From: an uncultured Gemmatimonadales bacterium
GTDB taxonomy: Bacteria > Gemmatimonadota > Gemmatimonadetes > Gemmatimonadales > JACORV01
Assembly: GCA_964550365.1 (NCBI GenBank)
Contig: CAZJZC010000001.1
Location: forward strand, 12,863-76,862
Direction of reading: 5' to 3'
DNA length: 64,000 bases
The position numbers and the translations under genes were made by a program. Under the pieces are notes generated by a model. That model searched no databases. It was not told the origin of the DNA and was given only the letters and a program-made list of their open reading frames with translations. Shown one piece after another: positions 26,413-35,781 of this stretch; position 1 is the first letter of the stretch, and the number at the start of each line of letters is the position of its first letter.

Positions 26413-27285
26413 TTGACCGGTGTGGCGACCTCGATGCGGCCGCTCCCATTCCCGATGAAGACGCCAGCGCCGACCACGATCGTCACGGCGCTGGCGTTCC
26501 TCGTTCTGTTCTGGCAGCCCATGAGCACCATGGCGCGGGACTGGTGGAACGACCCGGACGCCGGCCACGGCCTGCTGCTGTTCCCGGTCGCCCTGTACCT
26601 CGCCTGGCGCCGCGGCCGGGCCCCGGCCGCCGCCGAACAGCCGGTACTCGGGCTGGTCCTGCTCCTCGCGGCCGTCGCCCTCCGGTACGTCTCGGGCCTG
26701 GCGGCGGAGCTGTACACCATGCGGCTGTCCATGCTGGGCGCGCTGGCCGGCCTGATCATCGTCCGCAACGGCGTGCGCCAGATCCTGCACTGGTGGCTGC
26801 CGACCACCCTGGTGCTGCTGTCGGTGCCGCTGCCGGCGGTGGTCCTGGGCACCCTGGCCCTGCCGCTCCAGCTGATCGCCTCCGAGTGGGGGGCGGCCCT
26901 GCTCGAGGCCCGCCATGTCCCGGTCCGCCTGGCAGGGAATGTGCTCTATCTGCCGGGACGGTCGCTCTTCGTGACCGAGGCCTGCAGCGGCCTGCGATCG
27001 CTGACGGCGCTGGTGGCGCTGGGGGTCCTGATCGGCGGCCTGTCGCTCCGTTCGGTCTGGGCACGGGTCCTGCTCATCGGAGCAGCGATCCCGGTCGCGA
27101 TCGCGCTCAACGCGGTCCGGATCTTCCTGACCGGTTTCCTCGTCTATTTCGTCAGCCCCAGCCTGGCCGAAGGGGTGATGCACTACTCGGAGGGCTGGGC
27201 CATGTTCGTCATCGCCTTCGCGGCCCTCGGGGCCATCGCGTTCCTCCTGTTGCAGGCCGAGCGCCTGCTCCGGAGGCTCGCGTGA
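26413..27285 (+). CDS. Exosortase (EpsH/Xrt family transpeptidase)
   Basis: 290 aa, polytopic. Catalytic-motif regions are FVTEACSGLRSL (Cys), ALNAVRIFL (Arg) and VMHYSEGWAMF (His). The track start is TTG; in-frame GTG 26422 and ATG 26434 are alternatives. Confidence 0.92.
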   Translation: MTGVATSMRPLPFPMKTPAPTTIVTALAFLVLFWQPMSTMARDWWNDPDAGHGLLLFPVALYLAWRRGRAPAAAEQPVLGLVLLLAAVALRYVSGLAAELYTMRLSMLGALAGLIIVRNGVRQILHWWLPTTLVLLSVPLPAVVLGTLALPLQLIASEWGAALLEARHVPVRLAGNVLYLPGRSLFVTEACSGLRSLTALVALGVLIGGLSLRSVWARVLLIGAAIPVAIALNAVRIFLTGFLVYFVSPSLAEGVMHYSEGWAMFVIAFAALGAIAFLLLQAERLLRRLA

Positions 27286-27941
27286 GGGCGTCCCTCATCC
27301 GCGCCTGGCTGCCGCCGGCGGTCCTCGCGTTCGGCGCCCTGCTGACCGCGTCCCACACGCGGGCCCAGCAGGCGGCGAGCCTGCGCGCGCCCCTGCGCTC
27401 GGCCATCCCCCAGCGCGTCGAGGACCACCCGAGCCGCGACATCGCCCTGTCGGCCGACGAGGAACGCGTGGCCGGGGTGACCAGTTACCTCGTCCGGGCC
27501 TACCTCGAGGACGACACGCCGTCCGCGCGGATCGCCTTCTCGCTGTACGTCGGCTACTACGACCGCCAGACCCAGGGGCGGACCATCCACTCGCCGCGCA
27601 ACTGCCTGCCGGGCGGGGGCTGGGAGCCGCTGACCTCGTCGCGCACCTCGATCGAGACCGGCGCGGGACCGGCGGTGGTGAACCGCTACCTGCTGCAGCG
27701 CGGCACCGCGCGCCTCCTGGTCCTGTACTGGTACCAGGGCCGGGGACGCGTGGCCGCCAACGAGTACGCGGTGAAGTGGGACCTGCTGCGGGACGCCGCG
27801 GTCCACAAGCGCACCGAGGAGGCCCTGGTGAGGATCATGGTGCCGGTCGACGGCACCGAAGGCGAGGCGTTCGCGCTCGGCCAGCGCGTGGCCGCGACCA
27901 TCGTGCCGGCGCTGAACGCGGCGCTTCCGCAGCTGCAGTAG
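27282..27941 (+). CDS. epsI: EpsI-family exosortase-associated protein (separate polypeptide)
   Basis: GTG 27282 overlaps the exosortase stop (GTGA). 219 aa with an N-terminal TM/signal. The family motif HSPRNCLPGGGW compares with the HSPxxCLPGxGW pattern. Confidence 0.85.
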   Translation: MRASLIRAWLPPAVLAFGALLTASHTRAQQAASLRAPLRSAIPQRVEDHPSRDIALSADEERVAGVTSYLVRAYLEDDTPSARIAFSLYVGYYDRQTQGRTIHSPRNCLPGGGWEPLTSSRTSIETGAGPAVVNRYLLQRGTARLLVLYWYQGRGRVAANEYAVKWDLLRDAAVHKRTEEALVRIMVPVDGTEGEAFALGQRVAATIVPALNAALPQLQ

Positions 27942-27960
27942 CGCGTGCGCGAGCCGAGCG

Positions 27961-29613
27961 ATGACGCTGACCCCTCCACCCGGTGCTCCGACCGAACCGA
28001 CGCCCGCGCCTGACGTGACGGGCCTGCCCGCGGCCGGCCGCTCCCTGCCGTACCGCTGGATCGCCGCGGGCCTGCTGGCCCTGCACGTCGGGCTGATCTG
28101 GTTCGCCCGCACGCCCGGCGTCCTGACCGGCCACGACGACGCCCGGTACCTGCTGCTGGCAAGGTCCCTGCGCGCATCCGGCTACCGGGCGCTGTGGCGC
28201 TCCGACATGCCGCTCGAAGCGAACTACCCGCCGGGCTTCCCGGCCCTGCTCGCGCTGGCGGACGTGCTCCACTGGGGCTCGTTCACCCAGCTCATCCTGC
28301 TGAACGCCGCCCTGAGCGCCGCGGCGCTCGGGCTCACGTACCTGCTGGCGGCGCGCCGCTGGACCCCGGCCGTCGGCGTGCTGGTGCTGGCGCCGCTCGC
28401 CGTCAATCCGCACCTGGTGGATCTCGCCGGCTACGTCATGTCGGAGCCGGCGTTCATGTTCTGGTGCGTCCTGGCCATCGTCCTGCTGACGGACGACCGG
28501 CCGGGCCGCACCCGGCTGTGGGCCGCCGGCCTGGCCAGCATCGCCGCCGCGCTGACGCGGACCGTCGGCATCGGCCTGGTCGCCGCGGTCGGCCTGCTGT
28601 TCCTGTCGCGCCGGCGGTGGGCCGCGGCGGCCGTCTACGCGCTCGCCGCGGCGCTCACGATCGGCAACTGGCTGGCCTTCACGGTGCGGAACCCGGACCA
28701 GTTCCAGGGCGAGGCCTACACGGCCGACCTGCTGAACGTCGAGGGGACCCGGAGCCTGGCGGTGACGCTGGCGCGCCGGGTGACCGAGAACACGGTGGTC
28801 TACGCCGGGCGAGCGCTTCCCGACGCCCTCTCGCTGCCGGCCATCGCGTCCACGCCGCTCGACAACGCCGTCTGGGCCGTGCTGGCGGCCCTGCTGCTGC
28901 TCGCCGGCGCGGCGAGCATGGTGCGGCGCGCGCGGGCCGGCCTGTTCTTCCTCATCACGACCGCCGTGATCCTGCTGCTCTACAACTGGGCGCTGGTGCG
29001 GCTCCTCGCTCCGCTCCTGCCGTTCCTGGTGCTGGCCATCATGGCCGGTGCCGTGCGCCTGGCCGGACGTCGGGCGTGGCAGGTCGCCGGCGCGCTGGCG
29101 CTGGTCATGACCGTGACCGGGGCCGTCCGGACCGCGCGCCTGGTGGCCGCGCGGGCCACCTGTGAGCGCGCCGCCGAACTGCCCGCCGGCTGCGTGACGC
29201 CCGACCAGGCGAGCTTCTTCGCGGCGGTGGCCTTCATCCGGGAGCACGTGCCGGCCGAGGCCGTGTTCATCACCGCGAAGCAGGCGACCCTGACGCTCTA
29301 CACCGGCCACCAGAGCGTGAACTTCCCGACCGCGATCCGGGTGGATCCCAGCCGGTTCCTCGACTTCGCGCGGGACAACCGGGTATCATACATCCTGCTG
29401 GGGAGCCTCCGGTCGGTCGAGGTCGGCCTGCTGGCCCGGCGCGTCGAGGCGGCCTGCCCGGCGCTGGAGCTCATCGAAGCGTTTCCGCCACGGACCCTGC
29501 TGTTCCGTGTGCGGCCGCCAGGCGACACGGAGGGCGAGGCCGGCCCTGCCTGTCGCGCCGTGGCGGCCTACACCATCAGCAACCGCGACCGGGACTTCGA
29601 TCGTGACTTCTGA
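27961..29613 (+). CDS. GT-C-fold integral membrane glycosyltransferase (PMT_2 / ArnT-like, GT39/GT83-type)
   Basis: 550 aa with about 10 or more TM segments. The first extracytoplasmic loop carries the family acidic motif GHDDARYLLLARSL, which compares with D-(D/E)-(A/G)-R-Y-xxx-A. A C-terminal ~150-aa soluble domain follows. Confidence 0.72.
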   Translation: MTLTPPPGAPTEPTPAPDVTGLPAAGRSLPYRWIAAGLLALHVGLIWFARTPGVLTGHDDARYLLLARSLRASGYRALWRSDMPLEANYPPGFPALLALADVLHWGSFTQLILLNAALSAAALGLTYLLAARRWTPAVGVLVLAPLAVNPHLVDLAGYVMSEPAFMFWCVLAIVLLTDDRPGRTRLWAAGLASIAAALTRTVGIGLVAAVGLLFLSRRRWAAAAVYALAAALTIGNWLAFTVRNPDQFQGEAYTADLLNVEGTRSLAVTLARRVTENTVVYAGRALPDALSLPAIASTPLDNAVWAVLAALLLLAGAASMVRRARAGLFFLITTAVILLLYNWALVRLLAPLLPFLVLAIMAGAVRLAGRRAWQVAGALALVMTVTGAVRTARLVAARATCERAAELPAGCVTPDQASFFAAVAFIREHVPAEAVFITAKQATLTLYTGHQSVNFPTAIRVDPSRFLDFARDNRVSYILLGSLRSVEVGLLARRVEAACPALELIEAFPPRTLLFRVRPPGDTEGEAGPACRAVAAYTISNRDRDFDRDF

Positions 29614-30001
29614 GACGTCCTTCCAGAACGACCGCGGCCTCCCGCCGGGTGCTCGCGGCATCAGCCTGCGCAGTGCCCCGACCCGCTCCGTGGTGGTCGC
29701 CTCGCGCGCTCCGCGTGACCGGCTCGACACCTGCCTCTCGGCGCTGGTGCCCGCGTGCCGGGCGGCGGGCGTGGAACTGGTGGTCTGCCGCGCCTGCGAG
29801 CCGTCGGAGTTCCGGGCGCTCGCGGAGGCCTATCCATCGGTCCTCTGGATGCCCGCGCCCGACGGCCTCGACGAGCGTGGCCTGCGGGCCATCGGCTTCA
29901 CGGCGGCCGACGGCGACATCGTCTCGCTCCTCGACGACGGCCGGCCGGTGCCCGCCGGCTGGCTCGACGGCCCTCCCGGCCCTGCGGACGCCCATGACTG
30001 A
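29603..30001 (+). CDS. Short GT2-like protein (N-terminal Rossmann half only, 132 aa)
   Basis: GTG 29603 overlaps the previous stop by 11 nt. SVVVASRAPRDRLDTCLSAL...ADGDIVSLLDD mimics the first half of a GT-A domain through the DxD position, and then the frame ends. It overlaps the next gene by 8 nt. Confidence 0.45.
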   Translation: MTSETSFQNDRGLPPGARGISLRSAPTRSVVVASRAPRDRLDTCLSALVPACRAAGVELVVCRACEPSEFRALAEAYPSVLWMPAPDGLDERGLRAIGFTAADGDIVSLLDDGRPVPAGWLDGPPGPADAHD

Positions 30002-30890
30002 GACGGCGCCGGCGCTGTCGGTGGTGGTGCCCTCGGTCAACGGCTGGGGCGACCTGGAGGGCTGCCTGCGTGCGCTCATGGCTCAGCGCGGCGCATCCGT
30101 GGAGGCCATCGTGGCCGACCGCGTGGGTCCGGCGGTGCGCGAGCCGCTGCGGCAGGCGTTCCCCTCGGCGGTGCTGATCGAAGCCGCGGCCGGCACCGCC
30201 ATCCCGGCCCTGCGGCGCCTGGCCTTCGCACGGGCGCGGGCCGAGGTCGTCGGCGTCATCGAGGACCACGTCATCGTCCCGCCGGACTGGGCGGCGCGGA
30301 TGCTCGCCGCGCACGCCGCGGGCGCCGAGGTGGTCGGCGGCGCGGTGGTCAACGCCGCCACGTCCTCGCTGGTGGACTGGTCCGCGTTCCTGTGCGAGTA
30401 CAGCCACTGCCTGACGCCGCCGGCCGGGCCGTCGACGTGGCTGACCGGCAACAACACGACGTATCGTCGGGCCCTGCTCGAGCGGTTCGCGGGCGTGATC
30501 GCCGAGGACCGCTGGGAGGGCGCACTGCACGACGCCATCCGCGAAGCCGGCATCCCGCTCCTCAGCCGGCCCGACATCGTCGTCGGCCACAAGAAGCATT
30601 ACACGGTCGGCGAGTACGTCGGCCAGCGGTTCCTGTACTCGCGGTCGTACGCCGGCCTGCGGGTGGCCGGGACACCCGCCCTGCGCCGCCTGGCCTACGG
30701 GCTGGCGGCCCTGGCCCTGCCGCCGCTGCTGTTCGCGCGGGTGGTGGGGCGGGTGTGGGCCGCGCGGCGGCACCGCGGCGAGCTGGCCCGGTCCCTGCCC
30801 CTGCTGGGGGTCTACGTCGTCAGCTGGGCGCTGGGCGAGAGCGCCGGCGCGTGGTTCGGCGCCGGCGACGCGCTGGAGCGGGTGACCTGA
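29994..30890 (+). CDS. Glycosyltransferase family 2-like protein with C-terminal TM segments
   Basis: ATG 29994, 298 aa. LSVVVPSVNGWGDLEGCLRAL, with IEDH at the DxD position. TM helices near LAYGLAALALPPLLFARVV and LPLLGVYVVSWALG. Confidence 0.78.
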   Translation: MTETAPALSVVVPSVNGWGDLEGCLRALMAQRGASVEAIVADRVGPAVREPLRQAFPSAVLIEAAAGTAIPALRRLAFARARAEVVGVIEDHVIVPPDWAARMLAAHAAGAEVVGGAVVNAATSSLVDWSAFLCEYSHCLTPPAGPSTWLTGNNTTYRRALLERFAGVIAEDRWEGALHDAIREAGIPLLSRPDIVVGHKKHYTVGEYVGQRFLYSRSYAGLRVAGTPALRRLAYGLAALALPPLLFARVVGRVWAARRHRGELARSLPLLGVYVVSWALGESAGAWFGAGDALERVT

Positions 30891-32380
30891 TGCGCGAGCC
30901 CGACAACCCGCGCACGGTGAGCCCGCTGGCCGAGGGCCAGCGGGTGGCCGTCATCGGCGCCGGGCCCGGCGGCCTGACGGCGGCCTACCTGCTGGCCAAG
31001 GCCGGCGTCCCCGTCACGGTCTTCGAGGCCGAACAGGAGGTCGGCGGCATCTCGCGCACGGCCCGCTACAAGGGCTGGCGGTTCGACATCGGCGGCCACC
31101 GCTTCTTCACCAAGATCCGCCCGGTCGAGGAGCTGTGGCACGAGATCCTGGGGCCGGAGTTCATCGCGGTCCCGCGGCTCTCGCGCATCTACTACGACGG
31201 CCGTTTCTTCGACTACCCGCTCAAGGCCATGAACGCGCTGCGGGGCCTCGGCCTCCTCAACGCGTCGCTCATCATGCTCTCCTACCTCAAGGCGCGCCTC
31301 TGGCCCAGCCCGGTCGAGGAGAACTTCGAGCAGTGGGTGTCGAACCGGTTCGGCAGGCGGCTGTACGAGATCTTCTTCAAGACCTACACCGAGAAGGTCT
31401 GGGGCATCGCCTGCACCGAGATCCGGGCCGAGTGGGCGGCGCAGCGCATCCAGGGCCTCTCGCTCACCAAGGCCATCCTGTCGGCGGCCCAGCTCACCAA
31501 GCGCTCGACGGCCATCAAGACGCTCATCAACGAGTTCCAGTACCCGCGGCTGGGGCCGGGCCAGATGTGGGAGACCGCGACCGAGCGCGTGCGCGCCATG
31601 GGCGGCGAGGTGCTGCTCGGGCACGCCGTGACGGCGGTCGAGCTGCACGAGGGCCGCGCCGTGGCGGTCCGCGCGCGCACCGCCGAGGGCGAGCGGCGCT
31701 TCGCCTGCGACCACGTCATCTCCACCACGGACGTGCGGGCGCTGGTGCGGGCGCTGGACCCGGCGCCGCCGGCCCGCATCCGCAGCGCGGGGGACGGCCT
31801 GCGCTATCGCGACTTCCTGACGGTCGCGCTGATGATCGACCGGCCCGACCTGTTCCCCGACAACTGGATCTACATCCACACGCCGGGCGTGAAGGTGGGC
31901 CGCATCCAGAACTTCAACAACTGGTCGAAGGCCATGGTGGCCGACGCCGATCGGACCACCTGCCTGGGGCTCGAGTACTTCTGCTTCGAGGGCGACGGGC
32001 TGTGGACCACGCCCGACGCCGAGCTGATCGCCCTGGCCACGCGGGAACTCGCCCAGCTGGGTCTCGACGCCGGGGCGACGGTGTTCGACGGCACCGTGGT
32101 CCGCCAGCGGAAGGCGTACCCGATCTACGACGGCGAGTACCGGGCCCACCTGGACGAGGTGCGCTCGTTCATCGACGCGATCCCGAACCTGCACTGTGTC
32201 GGCCGCAACGGCATGCACAAGTACAACAACCAGGACCACTCGATGCTGACGGCGATGATGACCGTCTGGAACATGCAGGGCGCGGCGCACGACGTCTGGT
32301 CGGTGAACACCGACTACGAGTACCACGAGGAGATCCGGGTCCCGGACGCCCGGCCGGCCGCCGGCACCGTGGCGGACTGA
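30890..32380 (+). CDS. NAD(P)/FAD-dependent oxidoreductase (amine-oxidase/UDP-galactopyranose-mutase-like fold)
   Basis: ATG 30890 overlaps the previous stop (TGATG). 496 aa with dinucleotide motif VAVIGAGPGGLTAAYLLAKAGVPVTVFEAEQEVGG. Confidence 0.84.
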   Translation: MREPDNPRTVSPLAEGQRVAVIGAGPGGLTAAYLLAKAGVPVTVFEAEQEVGGISRTARYKGWRFDIGGHRFFTKIRPVEELWHEILGPEFIAVPRLSRIYYDGRFFDYPLKAMNALRGLGLLNASLIMLSYLKARLWPSPVEENFEQWVSNRFGRRLYEIFFKTYTEKVWGIACTEIRAEWAAQRIQGLSLTKAILSAAQLTKRSTAIKTLINEFQYPRLGPGQMWETATERVRAMGGEVLLGHAVTAVELHEGRAVAVRARTAEGERRFACDHVISTTDVRALVRALDPAPPARIRSAGDGLRYRDFLTVALMIDRPDLFPDNWIYIHTPGVKVGRIQNFNNWSKAMVADADRTTCLGLEYFCFEGDGLWTTPDAELIALATRELAQLGLDAGATVFDGTVVRQRKAYPIYDGEYRAHLDEVRSFIDAIPNLHCVGRNGMHKYNNQDHSMLTAMMTVWNMQGAAHDVWSVNTDYEYHEEIRVPDARPAAGTVAD

Positions 32381-32386
32381 GCCACG

Positions 32387-33559
32387 ATGCGCATCGGCGT
32401 GGACGCGACCTGCTGGGCCCACGGCCGGGGCTACGGCCGGTTCGTGCGCGAACTGCTGCCGGCCATGGCGGCGCTGGCGCCCGACGACCACTTCGTCTGC
32501 TTCGCCGACCCGCTGGCCGCCGAGCGCTTCGACCTCGCCGCCCCCAACGTGCGCCTGGTGCGGGTGGCCCAGTCGGCCGCGCCGGTCCATGCCGCCGCGG
32601 CCGACGGGGCGCGCCGCCCGGTGGACCTGCTGCGGCTGACCGCCGCCGTCTGGCGCGAGCCCACGGACGTGTTCTTCTTCCCCACGGTGTACACCTGGTT
32701 CCCGCTGCCGCCCGCGCGCCGCGCCGTGGTGACGATCCACGACGCCATCGCCGAGCGGTTCCCCGCCCTGACCCTGCCCACGCCCCGGGCGCGCCGCTTC
32801 TGGCAGGCCAAGGTGGCGCTGGCGCTGTTCCAGGCGCGGCTGGTGCTCACGGTGTCCGAGCACGCCGCCGGCGAGATCGCCGCGGCCCTCGGCCTGCCGC
32901 GCGGCGCGATCCGCGTGGCGGTCGAGGCGCCGGCACGGACCTTCCGGCCCGCGGGGCCGGGCGAGAGCGCGCAGGCGGCCGGGCGCGCCGGATTGCCGGC
33001 CGGGGCCCGCTGGTTCGTGTACGTGGGCGGCTTCAGCCCGCACAAGCGGGTGGACGCCATCGTGCGGGCGCACGCCGCGCTGGTGCGGGAGACCGGGCCG
33101 CGCGCGCCGTACCTCCTGCTGGTGGGCGCGACCACCGGCGACGCGTTCCTCGGCGACCAGCCGGCGATCCGCGCGGCGATCGCCGCGGCGGGGACCGGCG
33201 AGCGGGTGCGCTGGACCGGGTTCCTGCCCGACGAGGAACTGCGGGCCCTGCACAGCGGCGCCCTGGCGCTGCTGCTGCCGTCGCTGGCGGAGGGCTTCGG
33301 CCTGCCGGCCGTGGAAGCGGCCGCCTGCGCCTGCCCGGTGATCGCCACGACGGCGAGCCCGCTGCCCGACCTGCTGGCGGGCGGCGGCGTGTTCGTGGCC
33401 CCCGGCGACGAGGCGGCCCTGACGGCGGCCATGCGCCGGCTGATGACCGACGAGCCGGCGCGCACGGCCATGGCGCGCACCGCGGCCGCGCGGGCCGCGG
33501 CGCTCACCTGGCAGCGGGCCGCCGACGCCGCGCTCGGCGCCCTGCGTGAGGCGGCGTGA
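32387..33559 (+). CDS. Glycosyltransferase family 4 (GT-B)
   Basis: 390 aa. C-terminal GT-B block LLLPSLAEGFGLPAVEAAACACPVIAT contains the EX7E-type motif. Confidence 0.87.
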   Translation: MRIGVDATCWAHGRGYGRFVRELLPAMAALAPDDHFVCFADPLAAERFDLAAPNVRLVRVAQSAAPVHAAAADGARRPVDLLRLTAAVWREPTDVFFFPTVYTWFPLPPARRAVVTIHDAIAERFPALTLPTPRARRFWQAKVALALFQARLVLTVSEHAAGEIAAALGLPRGAIRVAVEAPARTFRPAGPGESAQAAGRAGLPAGARWFVYVGGFSPHKRVDAIVRAHAALVRETGPRAPYLLLVGATTGDAFLGDQPAIRAAIAAAGTGERVRWTGFLPDEELRALHSGALALLLPSLAEGFGLPAVEAAACACPVIATTASPLPDLLAGGGVFVAPGDEAALTAAMRRLMTDEPARTAMARTAAARAAALTWQRAADAALGALREAA

Positions 33560-34809
33560 GCGGCCTGCACTTCGCCATGCTGGCCACGTTCTACCCGCCC
33601 TGGAACTTCGGCGGCGACGGCATGGGCATCCTGCGGCTGTCGCAGGCCCTGGTGCGCCGGGGCCACCGGGTCACGGTGATCCACGACGGCGACGCCTACG
33701 TCGCGCTGGCCGGCCGCGAACCCGCGGCGCCGTTCGCCGACGACGGCGTCGAGGCGGTCACCCTGCGCAGCCGGCTGGGGCGCCTCAGCACCCTGCTGAC
33801 CCAGCAGACCGGGCGGCCGGCGATGCACGGCGGGCGCATCCGCCGCGAGCTGGAGGGGCGCGGCGTCGACGTGACCGTGTTCCACAACATCTCGCTGGTC
33901 GGAGGCCCGGGCGTCCTGGCGCTGGGACGGGGCACCACGGTCTACATGGCGCACGAGCACTGGCTCGTGTGCCCCTCGCACGTGCTCTGGCGGCACGGCC
34001 GGGAGGTCTGTACCGGGCGCGAATGCCTGCGGTGCGTCCTCCACTACCGGCGCCCGCCCCAGCTGTGGCGGTACACCGGCTACCTGGAGCGGGAACTGCG
34101 GCACGTCGACACGTTCATCGCCATGAGCGAGTTCAGCCGCGCCAAGCACCGGGAGTTCGGCTTCCCGCGCGACATGGAGGTGGTGCCCTATTTCCTGCCC
34201 GCCGCCGACCCTCCGTCGCCCGACGCGGACGCGCCGCCCCAGGAGCGCCCCTACTTCCTGTTCGTCGGCCGGCTGGAGCGCATCAAGGGTCTCGACGACG
34301 TGATCCCGGTGTTCGCGCGCTTCGACCGCGCCGACCTGGTCATCGCCGGCGACGGCGAATACGCCGCGACGCTCCGGTCCCTGGCCGGCGGCAACCCGCG
34401 CGTGAAGTTCCTCGGCCGCGTGGCGCCCGCCGAACTCTCGCGCTACTATCGGCACGCGGCAGCGCTCATCGTCCCCTCGGTCTGCTACGAGACGTTCGGG
34501 ATCATCATCATCGAGGCCTTCCGGCAGGGCACCCCCGTGGTGGCCCGGCGCATCGGGCCGTTCCCGGAGATCCTCGGGACCGCGGGCGGCGGCGACCTGT
34601 TCACCACGCCGGGCGAGCTGGAGGCGGTGCTGCACCGCTACCTGGACGAGCCGGCGCGCCGCGCCGAGCTCGGCGCGGCCGGCGCCGAGGCGTTCCGACG
34701 GCACTGGTCCGAGCAGGCCGTGGTGCCGAGATTCCTCGACGTCGTCCGGCGGGCGGCCGCGCACAAGGGCGACCGGCGGGTGGCCTCAGTCCTGGAGGGG
34801 GCGGCGTGA
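33556..34809 (+). CDS. Glycosyltransferase family 4 (GT-B)
   Basis: GTG 33556 overlaps the previous stop by 4 nt. 417 aa with LIVPSVCYETFGIIIIEAFRQGTPVVA. Confidence 0.87.
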   Translation: MSGLHFAMLATFYPPWNFGGDGMGILRLSQALVRRGHRVTVIHDGDAYVALAGREPAAPFADDGVEAVTLRSRLGRLSTLLTQQTGRPAMHGGRIRRELEGRGVDVTVFHNISLVGGPGVLALGRGTTVYMAHEHWLVCPSHVLWRHGREVCTGRECLRCVLHYRRPPQLWRYTGYLERELRHVDTFIAMSEFSRAKHREFGFPRDMEVVPYFLPAADPPSPDADAPPQERPYFLFVGRLERIKGLDDVIPVFARFDRADLVIAGDGEYAATLRSLAGGNPRVKFLGRVAPAELSRYYRHAAALIVPSVCYETFGIIIIEAFRQGTPVVARRIGPFPEILGTAGGGDLFTTPGELEAVLHRYLDEPARRAELGAAGAEAFRRHWSEQAVVPRFLDVVRRAAAHKGDRRVASVLEGAA

Positions 34810-35777
34810 AAGTCTTCATCACCGGCGGCGCGGGGTTCATCGGGTCGCACCTGGCCGACCGCCTGCTGGCCGACGGCCACGAGGTGCTGGTCCTCGACGA
34901 CCTCTCCACCGGTCAGATGACCAACCTGGACGGCCTCATCGGCCGGCCGGGGTTCGGCTACCGGATCGGCTCCGTCACCGACGAGCCGCTGGTGGCCGAG
35001 CTGGTGGACCGCTGCGACGCCACCGTGCACCTGGCGGCGGCCGTGGGCGTGCGGCTCATCGTCGAACGGCCGGTCCACACCATCGAGACCAACGTGCACG
35101 GGACCGAGGTGGTGCTGGGCGCCGTGGCGCGCAAGAAGAAGCTGGTGATCGTCGCCTCGACGTCGGAGGTCTACGGCAAGTCGGGCAAGGTGCCCTTCAG
35201 CGAGGACGACGACCTGACCATGGGCGCCACCCACCACAGCCGGTGGGCCTACGCCTGCTCCAAGGCGCTGGACGAGTGGCTGGCGCTGGCGTACCACCGC
35301 GAGAAGGGCGTGCCGGTGATCATCGCGCGGCTGTTCAACACGGTCGGGCCGCGGCAGACCGGGCGCTACGGCATGGTACTGCCGACCCTGGCGGGCCAGG
35401 CGGTCCGCGGCGAACCGCTGACGGTCTACGGCACCGGCGAGCAGTCGCGCTGCTTCGGGCACGTGCGCGACGCGGTCGCGGCCATCGTGAAGCTGATGGC
35501 GACCCCGGCCGCCGTGGGCCAGGTGTTCAACATCGGCAACGACGAGGAGGTCACCATCCTGCGGCTGGCCGAGATGGTGCGCGAGGCGGCCGGCAGCAGC
35601 TCGCCGATCGTCAAGGTGCCGTACGACGAGGCCTACGCGGCCGGGTTCGAGGACATGCAGCGCCGGGTGCCCGACGTGCGCAAGCTGGCGCGCACCATCG
35701 GCATGCGCCCCGAGACCCCGCTGCGCACCATCATCGCCGACGTGGTCGCCGAGCAGCAGGCGCTCGCGGGGCGCTAG
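34806..35777 (+). CDS. NAD-dependent epimerase/dehydratase (UDP-glucuronate decarboxylase-like SDR)
   Basis: GTG 34806 overlaps the previous stop (GTGA). 323 aa with ITGGAGFIGSHL, STSEVYG and the catalytic YACSK. Confidence 0.9.
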   Translation: MKVFITGGAGFIGSHLADRLLADGHEVLVLDDLSTGQMTNLDGLIGRPGFGYRIGSVTDEPLVAELVDRCDATVHLAAAVGVRLIVERPVHTIETNVHGTEVVLGAVARKKKLVIVASTSEVYGKSGKVPFSEDDDLTMGATHHSRWAYACSKALDEWLALAYHREKGVPVIIARLFNTVGPRQTGRYGMVLPTLAGQAVRGEPLTVYGTGEQSRCFGHVRDAVAAIVKLMATPAAVGQVFNIGNDEEVTILRLAEMVREAAGSSSPIVKVPYDEAYAAGFEDMQRRVPDVRKLARTIGMRPETPLRTIIADVVAEQQALAGR

Positions 35778-35781
35778 GCCG

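Noticed and set aside
32431-34764. 777-aa antisense ORF; similar cases at 44050-46137, 30812-33253, 40176-41732 and 56458-59241
   Set aside because: They lie opposite well-supported genes. Their translations are dominated by R/G/A/P/D with no motifs. Such ORFs are expected when stop codons are rare in GC-rich DNA.
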